Of a stretch of 64,000 nt of DNA, positions 37,588 through 50,530 are shown one piece after another. Source of the DNA: Chiloscyllium plagiosum (Eukaryota); NCBI RefSeq assembly GCF_004010195.1, contig NC_057755.1:8255082-8319081 (forward strand). The letters run 5' to 3'. The first letter of the stretch is position 1. Each line of letters starts with the position of its first letter. A program made the translations under genes and the position numbers. The notes under the pieces are model-generated. The model saw nothing but the letters and a program-made list of their open reading frames with translations. It was not told the DNA's origin and did not search any database.

Positions 37588-38301
37588 ATGTTCGGTTTTA
37601 TTTCTGTGCATCTCCTGTTCCTCCTGCTTCCAGGTAACATTCCAGGCTTGGTATAGTATTCGAGCTTGTCTTAATCTGGTTTTAGTACCAGAATGAAACA
37701 TTGGTCAGTCAAATCACTTGCAAGTTTCATTCTTCTCTACTGTCAAATAAATGAGCGAAATGTTTGCGGAATGTTCTGTACAGCTAGAGAAGCAGCTATA
37801 ATTGACCCTCATGAAAGGGACTTTGATCAAAAAACAAATTGCGGAGGGCATTGGAACTGTAAATTGGTTGAAAAATGTTCAGAGAGGGCTTGCAATTCAA
37901 CAAACACATATTTTGCAGCTGGAGGACAGACCTAGGTCTCTGCAAGAAATTGACATTCATCACAAATCGTTGTTTTTTCTCTCCATCTTCTTTACTTAGG
38001 GAGTTGTATATGTTCCCTCCTCTCTCAGTGGCCGCAGCATTTGTCTATACAAAAGGAGAAGACGGCAGAGATGCACTGTTACCAAAACGGCACGAGTAAT
38101 ACCAACATGTACTGGTACCGCCAGTTAAGAGGAGCAGGCCTTCAGCTCATAGCAACCTCGATTGGTACGTCAGAACCAACGTTTGAAAAGGATTTCAAGA
38201 CAAGGTTCAAAGGCACCAGGAGCGATCTTGAATCGTGCAGCCTGAAAATTCTGAAGCTGGAGCTATCTGATACTGTGGTTTATTATTGTGCTGCCAGTGA
38301 T
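37588..38301 (+). CDS. TRBV: Apparently functional TCR beta V segment, family C (C1); exons 37588-37633 and 38000-38301
   Basis: Leader MFGFISVHLLFLLLP G|GTAAC, phase-1 intron, open V exon SQWPQHLSIQKEKTAEMHCYQNGTSNTNMYWYRQ..DTVVYYCAASD, RSS intact. Confidence 0.93.
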
Positions 38302-38340
38302 CACAGCGATACAAACACGTGTAGAGCTGTTTCAAAAACC
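38302..38340 (+). other. 23-RSS of C1
   Basis: CACAGCG, 23 bp, TCAAAAACC. Confidence 0.93.
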
Positions 38341-39819
38341 TCACGAGTGTTAAGACGGTTAGCAGTTCGATTGGAAACTGGAGTGGACAACATTTACGAA
38401 TAGACCCGCTCCTCACTGATGTTTGCATCGTTTCCCAAAAACCTCTTAAATGGATAAATGCATTATACTTTTAAGGAGTTCTTCCTTATACAAATCAAGA
38501 CCAACAGCCCCTATTTAATAATTGCTCAGTGGAGCTCACAGTATCATGCCCAATAATAATTCGTCGAGGACAGAGATTCCATTCCTGGCAAACTGTTGTT
38601 TTCGATAAAATTCTTCCTATTTAATTTTGCGACTTATCCTTTCTCAAGGAAAGCGACTATAATCGCGTTTAAACGTGCATTTCATGCTCTTGTAGGACAG
38701 CAGAATCAGAGAACCCCGACTATGCGAAAAGAGGCCATTAAGCCCATCGAGTCTGGACTGAGCGTCTGAAGGGTATCCCGCCAGTTCTGCTCCCCTACCT
38801 TTTCACCGCAGCCTCCCATTCACTGATGCTAACCCAACCACATTTTTCTGTACAATACAGGACAATTGAGCACTGACAATGCACCTGACCTCGCAGTAAA
38901 GAACGCAGGTTCCGGAATAATTGACAAGTTTCTTTAAGATGCCACGACTCATTGACTTCTGCCAGGCATCATCTGAATACTCTGCACATACACTGAATGT
39001 TTCTTTGTTCTTCTCTCTCTCTCTCTCTCTCTCTCTCTTTACCCTGCAAGCCTGCTCCAGTTTTATCAACTGATAGTAGTAGTACTTGGGCATGGATTGG
39101 GCATATGCTAGTTTGTCTCACTAAGTCCAATTGCGGCAGGGTTGGTGGCAAGGACTGTGAGGGTCTGCCACTTTTAGCAATCATATTTGAGGTCAATTGT
39201 CCTCTGCTGGCATGAAATCACTTTCACTCACCAGTAACTCGTTGTTATGCCATGAGTGCTTTCTTTGTTGAAAAAGTAAACTGAGCACATGCGGCATGTG
39301 TCATGTGTGTTGACAGATATTATATCTCTATTTTTATTGTGCCAATATTTGTTTGATCAGCCTCATTCTCAATCTTCCTCTGTACTGACATCAGGAAGAC
39401 TCGTGTTTCCCAGTGTGTTGAGAAACGAAAGAGATGGAAATATATATTAACTCAAGGACACTGATAACTTGAACATGTGCTGGTATTGCTACTGGGGCGA
39501 TAAAGAGTAGAAGCTCACAGGAAAATCCTTTACCGCCTCTGATACCATTCTTTCAGACAGTTACAGGGAGAGGTTTAAGCCAGGAAGAAGGCCTGAAGCC
39601 TGAAGAAAAGACAGAATGCAGATATTCTGAGACTGCAGTTCATTACTAAACTGTTGGTGATCACAATTATCAAAATAGACTCAGATCACCGTCATTATCT
39701 TCTATACTGTCACCCTGTGAGACAAAAACATGACAGACCTCAAATGAGCCGTCTTCAAAATTAACATCCTCTTCATTGATGTGGCTTGTCTCGGTTCCCA
39801 ACAATCAAACAACAATTTG

Positions 39820-41330
39820 GGAAGGCATTATTGCAAGACTATTAATTTAGAAACTCTGCTAATATCCTGGGGTCCTGGCTTAGAAACACACTACCTCAGA
39901 TAGTGGAATTTTAATTTTATGATACAAAAATAAATCTGGATGACCATGAAACTATTGCTGATTATCAGATGGGTTTTTCATGGAAGGAAATCTGCCATTC
40001 TTATCTGGTCTGACCTGCATGCATGTCCAGAGTTGAAATGTGATTGACTCTCAATTGTTCTCTAAAATGGATAAGAAAGCCAATCAGCTATATGCATTGC
40101 CATAAGAACGCAAAGAAATGGAACTAGATGAATCACCTGACATCGACCTAAGTATCAGATAAAAAAAAAATACATGGTAGAGACCGTGAAACTGCCCTGC
40201 CAATCCTGCAAAGTGTGCCTTTCTAACATCTCTGGGCTGGTGACAATATTGAGAGAGCCGTCTCACAGTCTAGTCAAGGAATGATTCCTGATAATGTCCC
40301 AGATACCAGCATCACCATCGCTGGATAACTCCTGGCCCACCGACAGAACAGATCCAGCAGCGGTGGTGGCACAGAGGTGTACACTTGGGATGGATTTTAC
40401 CTGAGGGTCACAACATTAGCGCCGGACTCCATGAAGTTTCACGGTTTTGGGTTAAGCATAGGCAAGGAAACCTCATGCTGATTACCATGCACTCTCTTCC
40501 TTCGGATGAGGAATTGGTATTCCTCCATGTTGAGCAGCACTTGGAGGAAACACTGAGAATGCAAGGGCACAGAATATACTCTGGGTAAGGGATTTCAATG
40601 TTTTCCCACTAAGAGTGGTTCAGGAGCAGTACTACAGATGGAACTGGTCGCACTCTAACGGTAATTCACCCCGTGTCTGCGTGGGGTTCCTCCGGGTACT
40701 CTGGTTTCCTCCCACAGTCTAACGATGTGCAGGTTAGTTGAATTGGCCATGCTAAATTTACTGTAGTGTTAAGTTTAGGGGTAAATGTAGGGGAATGGGT
40801 CTGGGTGGGTTGCTCTTTGTGGGGTCGGTGTAGACTTGTTGATCTGAAGGGCCTGTTTCCACACTGTAAGTAATCTAATGACACAGTATATCCCCAACTG
40901 AACCATTGCCATCAAACCAGGTTGAAAACATTGGTTCAATGGAAAGAGCAAAATGGCATACTTGAATCTGAAAACGAATTGCCAACCTGGTGAAGACACC
41001 AAGCAGGTCTACCTGCATGTCAAACAGCGTTAGTGATAAATGATAAACAGAGCTAAGTGATCAGATCTAAGCACAGCAGTGCTGCTATGTCCAATCGTGA
41101 ATGGTGGTTGACAATTAAACATCTCACTCGATCCACAAATTCCCCATTCTCAATGATGGAATGGTCCAGCACATCAGTATAAAACGTAAGGCTGGAGCAT
41201 TCACAACGATCGTCAACCAGAATTGTTGTGTAGATGATCTATTTCGGTTTCGTGCAGTAGTGCCCAGCATTACAAGTACCAGTCTTCAGCCAGTCTGATT
41301 CGCTTCATGTGAAATAAACGTTCGGAGTCT
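39820..41330 (+). mobile_element. Old LINE with Deu/SacSINE-like 5' part, carrying an HE1 fragment at 40668-40879
   Basis: SINE-like head, then degraded endonuclease-like sequence (..KHRQGNLMLIT..). Homologous pieces recur downstream of other family C genes. Confidence 0.55.
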
Positions 41331-42496
41331 CTGAGTCAATTGTTTGCTGATCAAATATATTCTGAAATATTTTTCAAGATTTAGTCCTTGTGCAACTGAA
41401 TGCTAGCACTCAGTATCTGAGTGAATGAACAGACAGAATGAAATCTCGTCAATACTCTTTGATAATCGTATTGAATCAACGTCAGCTGAGGAAAACGTTA
41501 ACACATTTTTCTCTACAATTGCATCCAGACTCTTGTGCCATGTTAATGTTCCTATCTCTGAGACAGAAACGGGGATTCACTCCCACGTTCTTCAAAGGTA
41601 ACAACTCTGAGGAGGAGGATACGTAGAATGAATGAACAGGATTCTTGTGAGGCAATGTTGCAGTCATATCTCTGAGCCAGTAAACCTGGGATCGAAACGC
41701 ACCTGATGCAGATCTGTGAAATAACATCTCTCAACGAAGACATTGAAAATATCTAATATCTCTTCGTTTTCACTGCATCAGAATACTGTATACAGATAAA
41801 AAAAAATGCCTTCTTATGCAGATGGAGGGCCCTGAGGTATTACAAAAGCAACTATCCAAGAAAAGGAATCGTGTATACATATCGCAAAAATACATCACAT
41901 GCATTTTTAAAATGTGGATCCAAAAGATCGTCAAACAATCTTATAACTTTTTTTGCGGAAAGTAAAAAAAAAAGGAAACGCTACAGTGGAATTTGACAAC
42001 GCTCAAATCATCCTTGTAGCTTTGACAAGAGAGGCACTTTGCACCGTGCAGAAACCATTTACATTCATTTTGAATTAACAAGGTTTTTTAAGAAATGACT
42101 GGAACCTGTTAAGAACAGCCTGACCAGTTTTACTTTCTTCTCAGTGTATATCCTGAGATGCAAAATGGAGCAATGATGCGACTTTCAAAATAGTCTCCAG
42201 TCACTTGACGTCAGATTATTTGCATTCCACTACCCCCTCAAGAAAAATCCATACACGCTGCACCTTCCAATCTCTAGGAATCTGCAAGGGTTCGGCAATA
42301 TCTTTATACTTGCGTGCAGATTTTGTGAGTCAGTTACCAACGTATTCAAAGACAGGAAGTCTAATTTTCCGTAAATGGGAACGGGGGAGGTCCACTGCAA
42401 ACTCTTGTGATGATGTCATATCCATAGCTAAGGATTAAATCCCGCACCCCGAGAAGCTTTACAGTATGTGAGAGCTATACCAGATTAGGAGGGATA

Positions 42497-43417
42497 ATGT
42501 TTGATGCTGTTTATCTGCATTTCCTTTTACTGCTGCTCCCAGGTAACCTGCCTACCTTACTGAACTGTTTCATCCAGTTCTTACCCACTTTTGGTGCTTC
42601 GCTCAGTAAGATCAGTTGCAATTTTCGTTCTTGTTCACTCGTTAAAAAAACGTTCTATGTTCTATGTTTTGTTTCCGAATGTACTTTAAGACCAGAGAAG
42701 TAGCTACAATTGTAACTTATGAACGGGTCATGGATAAATGTTCAAATCGGTATTATGTCCAGGATTTGTGATACTACAGAGTGCAATTGAACTGGAAATT
42801 TCTTGAAAGATACTTCAAAAGTATCCGTCTGCTATTGCTTTGTTTTCATCTCTGACGAAAACCCTTTTCATTCTCATCGACGAGAAGTGGCAACACCGAA
42901 GACCTAAATAAACAGGCGGATAAGGTCGCTTTCTGTCTCTTTCTATTTCTCTGTCTCTCTGTCTCGCTCTTTCTCGCTCTCTCTCCATCATTGAGAGATT
43001 ATATATTTTCGTGAGAAAGCCAAATTTTGAAGTGTGTGGAATGTGGGAAACCAGAGGATATACCTCTTCTCTTTAAACAACAGACAAATCGTTTTATTTT
43101 CATCGTTTTCCATTAGGGAGTTGAAAAAGCGCCATCATCACCCAATGGCCGGAGGATTTATCTCTACAAAAGGAGAACACAGCAGAGATGCACTGTTACC
43201 AAAACGATACTAGCGAAAGCAACATGTACTGGTATTGCCAGCTAAGGGGAGCAAGCCTGCAGCTCATGGCAACTTCGATTGGTACCTCAGAGCCCACGTT
43301 CGAAGAAGATTCCAAGGCAAGATTCGAAGGTAACAGGAGTGATCTAAAGTCGTGTAGCCTGAAAATTCTGCAGCTGCAGTTGTCTGATACTGCAATTTAT
43401 TTCGTGCTGCCAGAGAT
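42497..43417 (+). pseudogene. TRBV: TCR V pseudogene, family C (C2)
   Basis: Intact leader 42497-42542. V exon from 43117 has an in-frame TGA at 43122-43124 and a 1-bp deletion at the second Cys. Heptamer is AACAGCG 43418-43424, 23 bp, GCAAAAACC. Confidence 0.92.
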
Positions 43418-45431
43418 AACAGCGATACAATCGAGGGCGAGGCTGTTGCAAAAACCTATCGAGTTGTTATACTGTTGGCAGGGGCATTGGAAAGCTTGAG
43501 TGGAAAATGCGCATAAATACAATTGCCCATGGCTGATGATTGCACCCATTCCTGTCATCATCCAAACGGATAAAAGCCTCGAACATGTATTAAACGACCC
43601 GATCAAATGCCAAGGGACGCTCTTCTGTAATCGCAGAGCAGAGAAGATGGTATCATTTAGAATAATAATTTGTAGACGATGGAGTGTTCCATCAGGGCCA
43701 ACCTGTCACTTTTCTAAACAGATTCCTGTTTGATTTTAAGTCCTATCCTTTGTGAAGGAACAGTAAATATAAACGCTAATACAGCACAGCTAGACTATAA
43801 ATTCCTCTTACAAGAGACCATTAGGCCCATCGGGTCTGCATCGAACCTCTTAAGAGCTTTACATCTCATACTTAGACCACCACACTATCTCCATAATCCC
43901 GAATTTATTATCGGTTATCCATGTATAAGAAAAGACAGAAATTTTTCATGGTCAAAAAAACCTACTATGTGCACAGTACAAAATACAGGAGCATGACTAA
44001 TAGGTAGTACTCCGAATGATCTGGACAATACATAATTCAGTAAATGACCTCTTCTGTCAGACAGCATCAGAATACTCCGCATATTACCAGACAATTTTCT
44101 TTGGTTTTCCTCGATTTTGTTTGATAACATATTCACCTTATCAGCATGATCATTTTTTCACCCGATGGTTCCAGTGCTTAGGAATGGAACTGAGTACACG
44201 GCCAAGCTCAGTGAGGAACCCCATTTGGTTTTTCTAGACTAGCACACGGTGCAACTGCAGCAGAGTTGGTGGCACCGAATGAGAAACTTACCGAAATTTA
44301 GCCTCATTGACCAGTTGTAATGAAGACAAGCATATTCCATTGGCACGAGAATAGTTACACTCACTGGTAACTGTGTATTCGACCATTAATGCGTTTTTTT
44401 GTTGACAAAGCCAGCTGAGCACATGTGGCATTCATCATGTGCACTGACAGATAACATCTCTCTATCCTCAGTGCAGCTGCAATTGCTTGATCAGACTGTT
44501 TCTGAGTCTTTATTTGTCCTGGCTTCAGGATGGTCCTTGTTGCCCAGTGTTTTGAAAAACGGAAGATGTTGAAATTTATATTAAGTGAAGAGCACTAATC
44601 ACAGTCATATCACAGCAGAGGGGCAATCCTGGGGAAATACGGGGATGTTGTGCAGCAGATCATTTAGTTTTAAAGTACCTCTCTGAGTCTGTTTCATACC
44701 TCATGATCCTCCTCTTTTCAATGAACAGCTAAGATATCCTCTAAATACATATATCCAAATTTTATCCCTTACCTCAACAATGTTGTCTAGTAAGGACTTA
44801 CGTCTCAGCTTTTAGTATGTCGACATCTGCACTTAAAAATCCTGTTCATATTATCTCTTACAGACTTTATTGAAACGGTTCTGTCAATTTACGATAAAAT
44901 TCCGGAGCAAGTGGGTTTTGACAAAGGTCTTTCAGCTCTGATACAGGGACACTGCCCCGCCTCCAAAATCGAAAGCCATTCAAGCTGAGATTTTTAAAAA
45001 ATATCAATAAATAAACAAAGTGATATCAGGTTGTGTTAGAGCAGCAGCAAATATGTGCCATCAATATTACTGCCAAGGGAGACATTGACACATTCCCAAA
45101 TTCAAATGTTAAGCCTATTGTTCAGAACTATCAGGTCTTCAACCAACCTTCAGATGCTAATTCAGGCAGTGCCACTGTTGTATATAATGTCTCTCTCCTG
45201 TTCTCCAAAAGATATTGATACATGTAACATTATCGTAATTTGAAACATACCCACAGCTATCCCCATCGTCACGGATGGAAGAGCCAAGCACATTAGTTCA
45301 AAAGTTAAGGTTGAAGCTTTCGCAGCAATCTTCAGTCAGAACTGTAAAGTGGATGATCCATTTTGGCCTCCTACAGTGGTCCCCAGCATTACAGATACCA
45401 ATCTTGATTCAATTCCATTTAGCCCACGTGA

Positions 45432-46110
45432 TATAGAACACAGAAGATAGAACACAGGACAGTGCAACACAGTGCAGGTCCTTCAGCCCTCGATGTTGTG
45501 CCGACCTTTTATACTACTCTAAGATCAAACAAACTTGCTTAGCCTCCATTGTATTATCTTCAATGTGCCTATCTAAGAATCTTTTAAATGTCCCTAATGT
45601 ATCTAACTCTACGACCACTTCTGCCAGTGCATTCACGCACCCACCTATCTCTCTGTAAAGAACCTGGATGTCATATCTTCCCGAAAACTCTCCTCCAATC
45701 ACCTTATTTACCCCTCTGTCCTAGCCATTTTCATCTTGGGAAAAAAAATCCCTGGTTATGCACTGTATATATGTCTCCAATCATCTTGCACACCTCTGTC
45801 AAATTGGCTCTCACCTTTCTTCGCTCCAATGTGAAAAGCCGTAGCTCCCCGACCATTACTTCAGAAGACATGCCATGTAGCCTAAGTAGCATACTGGTAA
45901 ATTTCCTCTGCATCACCTTTCAAGCTTCCAAATCCTTCCTGCAATGAAGCGACCAAAACTGAACAAAATATTCCATGTGTTGTCTAAACAGGGGTGTGTA
46001 GAACTGCAGAACAACCTCGCAGCTCTTAAACTGCTAATGAAAGCCCACACAAATTTGTCTTCTTTACACCACGATCAACTTGCATGTCAACTTTAAAGGA
46101 TCTATGGACC
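45432..46110 (-). mobile_element. CR1 LINE 3' fragment
   Basis: MQRKFTSMLLRL..LFTLERRKVRANLTEVCKM and a tail near 45435. Confidence 0.78.
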
Positions 46111-47348
46111 ATTGATTGCACATTACAAGACAATGTTGTGTGTGTGTTTTTTTTTCAATTATTGCCCACATGTGGATTCGCTATCACGCACGAAATAGTC
46201 TTTCCACCATCAAATCACCATAACAAATCGCACTCATTAATGACCATTAATAAATTTCGGTAGTTTCCCATTGTTCTATTTGCACGTATTGAGGGCAATG
46301 CAACAAAATAAAACGTAAAGGGCTCTTGTGATGCTGTAGTATTGTCCCGAACTCATATCCAGAAAGCCAAAGCTCATACCTAATTTTTCTCCAGACGTGG
46401 GCAACACAATCGATGAACAACGAGATTGGAGGAGGGGAAATTTAAAGGTGATGGAGAGAGAGGTGGAGGGATGAATCTAAGTGGAGTTGAAATGAGGAGA
46501 TAAGGCATGCTTCACCACCGGTTGTCTTCACCCTTCTCTGAAAACAACGACAGTGTTGATGGATCAAAAAAAAAATCCAAGACCGGTGGAAGCTGGAATC
46601 TTAAACAAAAAGAAGAACAATTTGTTGCTGGAAGTCAACAGATCTGACAGCATCTGTCAAGACAATCCGAGTTAACTTTTTGTTCCAGAGGCGCTTTTTC
46701 AGAAGTGAAAGCAACTAGAAAATGATTAGTATTTATGGTGAACATGGGTTGTGGGTAGACTTTGATTTCAGTTTGATCTGCATATGATCTTTACCAATAC
46801 AGCATGTTGTTGAAGGTGAATGTTTAATTTATGGATGCGAATTTGGATTGAATAATCAGAATGGTATCGAGACTATTGGTTCTTTTTGACGTTGCCCTCA
46901 TTCAGGGTGGACTTCGTTGCATCTCGCAGATAATATGCAGGCTTTGGGGACTCAGGAAGCATGTTATTCTCTCAAGGATCTCTAGCCTTTAACCTGCCCT
47001 GGTAGCCGTTGCACTTACGCAGCTGGTCCGGTACTATATTATGGACCTGCAGAATAACCAGAATTGTATTCAACCATAATGTGAACTTCAGGGCCCAGCT
47101 TATCACTTTGTCTAACATTGCAATCAACCTATGAGATCATTATTTGTTCAATGAATATTGCAGGTCAGCAAATCAGGACCAGCACAGTACCTGCTGAAAA
47201 TGAGGTTTAAACCAGTTAAGATTAATACAAATACCTACTCCTATAGGAAACAGCATGGAATTAACAGAAAAAGTCCCACAACCAAGACATCGCATCAAAA
47301 TTCAGCAATCATCTTACACGTCAATTTGTGTACGGTGATGTACAATTA

Positions 47349-47464
47349 GCCGGGCACATCAGTGATCAGGGGCTGGGGCGGGGGCATGAGTGACCAGGGA
47401 CGGGGCGGGGACATCAGTGATCAGGCGCTGAGCATATCAGTGACTAGAGACCGGGGCGGGGACA
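47349..47464. repeat. GC-rich minisatellite, unit about 27 bp, with GGGGCGGGG boxes
   Basis: Four variants of catcagtgatcaggg; three are followed by ggggcgggg. Confidence 0.8.
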
Positions 47465-49333
47465 AGTCTCAACCTCAATTGTAAAGATGCACGGTACCTC
47501 ATTGCAAAACAGAAGCATTTGGAAGTACCAACAATCAGAAGACGTGAGTGAACGACCCATCTCTGTTTCCTCTGAGAGTTCATACATCTCAGACGTCTTT
47601 CTTCAATCCATTGAATTCACTACATATGATATCAGGAAACGGCTGCATGCAATGATACTATACAGGCTTGTGGTGTTGCTATTATTCTGATTTCCAGCAT
47701 TGGAAGCAAAGCAAGCTGTTCCACACAGTAACAACCCTGGCATTTACAAGGCAATCTGGAAAATTGCCTAATTTTATTCTGTCCACAAAATGAAGGACTA
47801 TTCTATTGAGACTACATGTCACCTCATCCATCAACCCTCAACTTTACCTAAATTGAAAGAAGGTGCTATTGACATGAATAGGGTGAGTAGCCAAGGTCTT
47901 TTTCTCAGGATGAGTGAGTCAAAAACTAGATGACAGAAGTTTAAGATAGGAGTGGAAATAGTTAAAAGGGACCTGGGGGTCGCTTTTACGAACAGAGGGT
48001 GGTGCGAATTGGAATGAGCTGCCGAAGGAGATGGTAGAGGTGGGTACAATTAAAATACTTTTAAAATGCATCATTGTGGGTCCATATGTAGTAAGGATTT
48101 AAAGGAAAATAGGGCAATATGACGAGAGCAGTTTAGGATGCCTTTTCAGTGTGGACGAGTTGCACTGACAGATCTGTTTCTGTGAAGTTTAACGTAATGA
48201 CTCTATGTCAGTGCTACCAAACGACACATTCAAAGAATACCCAGTTAATACACACTCAGTTGAAATCTAAGAAGTACACTCACATTTGACCTCATTACGC
48301 TTTTGCTCCAATCATGGACTTAAAACTTGAACACAAGAGGGTAAGTAATGGGTGACAGTTTGTGACATCAAGGCAGCAAACGACCTATTGTGTCATCAAA
48401 GGGCACTAATAAGAGTGGAATTAGGTGATCTGGAGGAAGACATTTATAGGTCGGATATCTCAGCTCAGTAGAACTTCCTGAGGGAAGTCTTTTAGGCCCA
48501 ACCATCATCACCTCTTTCATCAATGATCTTTTCTTCACAGTAAAAAGACAAAGTCTTCATGATATTAGCAAGAAAAGGCAGGGTCGTTAGGCGGTAAATT
48601 ATTTGCACTGGTTAGAGTTTCTAAAGCCCGGGGCTTCTTTTGAGAATTAGGGCTAGATCGTGAAGAGATTGGTGAGAAAGGACTTTGATGCAAAAAAAAA
48701 AACTGGCAGATGTTTGGATCTCTATTCCACAAATGACAGTTATGACGATCACTTGTTAACAATCATTTGTTAACTTATACTCTGATGTAGATAAATGCTT
48801 ATGAAGCAAACGCATTTGGGATAAGTGTCAAAAGTAGATCTGTCGAGTTAGAACAGAGATCAGCCATTATCTCAATGCTTGGTGCAACAGGGTCGAAATG
48901 TTGAATGGCCCACTCCCGTTCCTACCTTGCTATATCCTATGGCTAAACCATTTGCAAGGTTCTTGACGAATGTGTAATTAACGCTGGGCAAACAAAATCC
49001 CAAGAATAAATGAAACACAAGTGTGTCGAACACCTCGTACTTTGGAAGTCTTGAATTAGACATTACATTCATCGACTCTGATCTGTGCAGTCCTGCCTTA
49101 GAAACATTCGCATTTCCACAAGGCCGATACATGGCTTTACAAATTACACAACAAGTTGCAAGGTACCTGTCAAATACTATCACTGTGCACAGAAAGAAAC
49201 AGCCAGCTGCGTCGATTAGAGCTCTGCCAACGGCAGAGCTTGCAACGGTACAATTTCCGCATTCAGCCACAATGCAGCGAGTAAAACAGGAGCTGATCTC
49301 CAGTGTTTTGAGATGGCATTGGATTGCTGTATC

Positions 49334-50530
49334 ATGCTGTGGTCTGTCTGCGTGTATCCACTGATACTCATGCTGCTAGTAACTGTATACAATTATTGAG
49401 CAATATAAGTTCTGGTTGTTAAAGGAACAACGAAATCAGTTCAAGGATTATCAATTGTTTTTGGTAGTGTTGTAACTTGCTGTGTACAGTTACGATGGAA
49501 GCCGCATAAGTAATACCTCAAATGGCAACCCTTACAATACAGTTGAAAAGGGTGGTATCGTGGTAGTATTCCTATCTCTGAGCAGACAGATCGGGTTCAA
49601 GTCACATCATGTTCCAGAGTTGTGCTGTAAAATTCATGTGCTGGTTGACTGGGGGCACTTTTATATAGAAAAATCTACAAGACTATAAATATGTTCTGAA
49701 GGATCGTCACCGGACCCTAAATGTTAGCACTGCTTTCTCTCTGGACAGATGCTGCTGAGTTTCTCCAGGAATTTTTGCTTTTGTTTGGAGACAAAATAAG
49801 GGTCAGAGAGTACAACTTGGAATTTTCATCGCGGGAGGTGAAAGAGACAAGATTGATCTTGTCAACTCTTTGGGAACTGATGCTTTTCATGGGCCCCAGT
49901 AACTGGTGACTGTCTCCCGCTGACATTGCAAAAGGAAAACTGTTTTAAACCTGAATAAGCTGGGAACGGACTCCAGACATACGTTCACCTACGTGAGGGG
50001 TTGGTGGATTGGACAAATCTCATGCACTATGTAAGACATTCAAAGTGCCAAATACGTTGGGACAACAGCAACTGGATTGAGTTCAGTCGTGATCCAGGAA
50101 TGCACACTGTTTTCGTACGCACAGCGATTGAGTTTGTGAAATTTTGACAGGAATTGTTTGGCTTTTCTCTCTCAGTCCACATTGTGTTGATCCCGATTTA
50201 ATCCCAAACCGTGACATTTTCCTGTCTTTTTTTCCCTTAGCGAGTTATAAAAGTGCCTTCATCTCCCCATGACCGGAGGAGTTGGCTTCACAAAAGAGGA
50301 AGAAGGCAGAAATGCACCGTTACCAAAACCACACTAGCGAGATTTACATTCACTGGTACCGCCAGCCCAGAAGAGCAGGTCTGCAACTCATAGCAACCTG
50401 TTACTGGCTCTGATCACACCCTGAAAAGGATTCGACGGACCCAGTCAAAAGTCGTGAAACAAAAGGTAGCTTGAAAATACTGAGCTTGCGGCCAACAGAT
50501 ACAGCAGTCTATTACTGCACTGACAGTGAT
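49334..50530 (+). pseudogene. TRBV: TCR V pseudogene, family C (C3)
   Basis: Leader MLWSVCVYPLILMLL at 49334-49379 with a damaged donor. V exon from 50241 has TGA at 50270, first Cys to Arg and frameshifts, and ends DTAVYYCTDSD. RSS is CACAGAG 50531-50537, 23 bp, CCAAAAACA. Confidence 0.88.

Noticed and set aside
44611-44627. Second CTCF site (cacagcagaggggcaat)
   Set aside because: An extra G breaks the core spacing and I did not see it in paralogous flanks.
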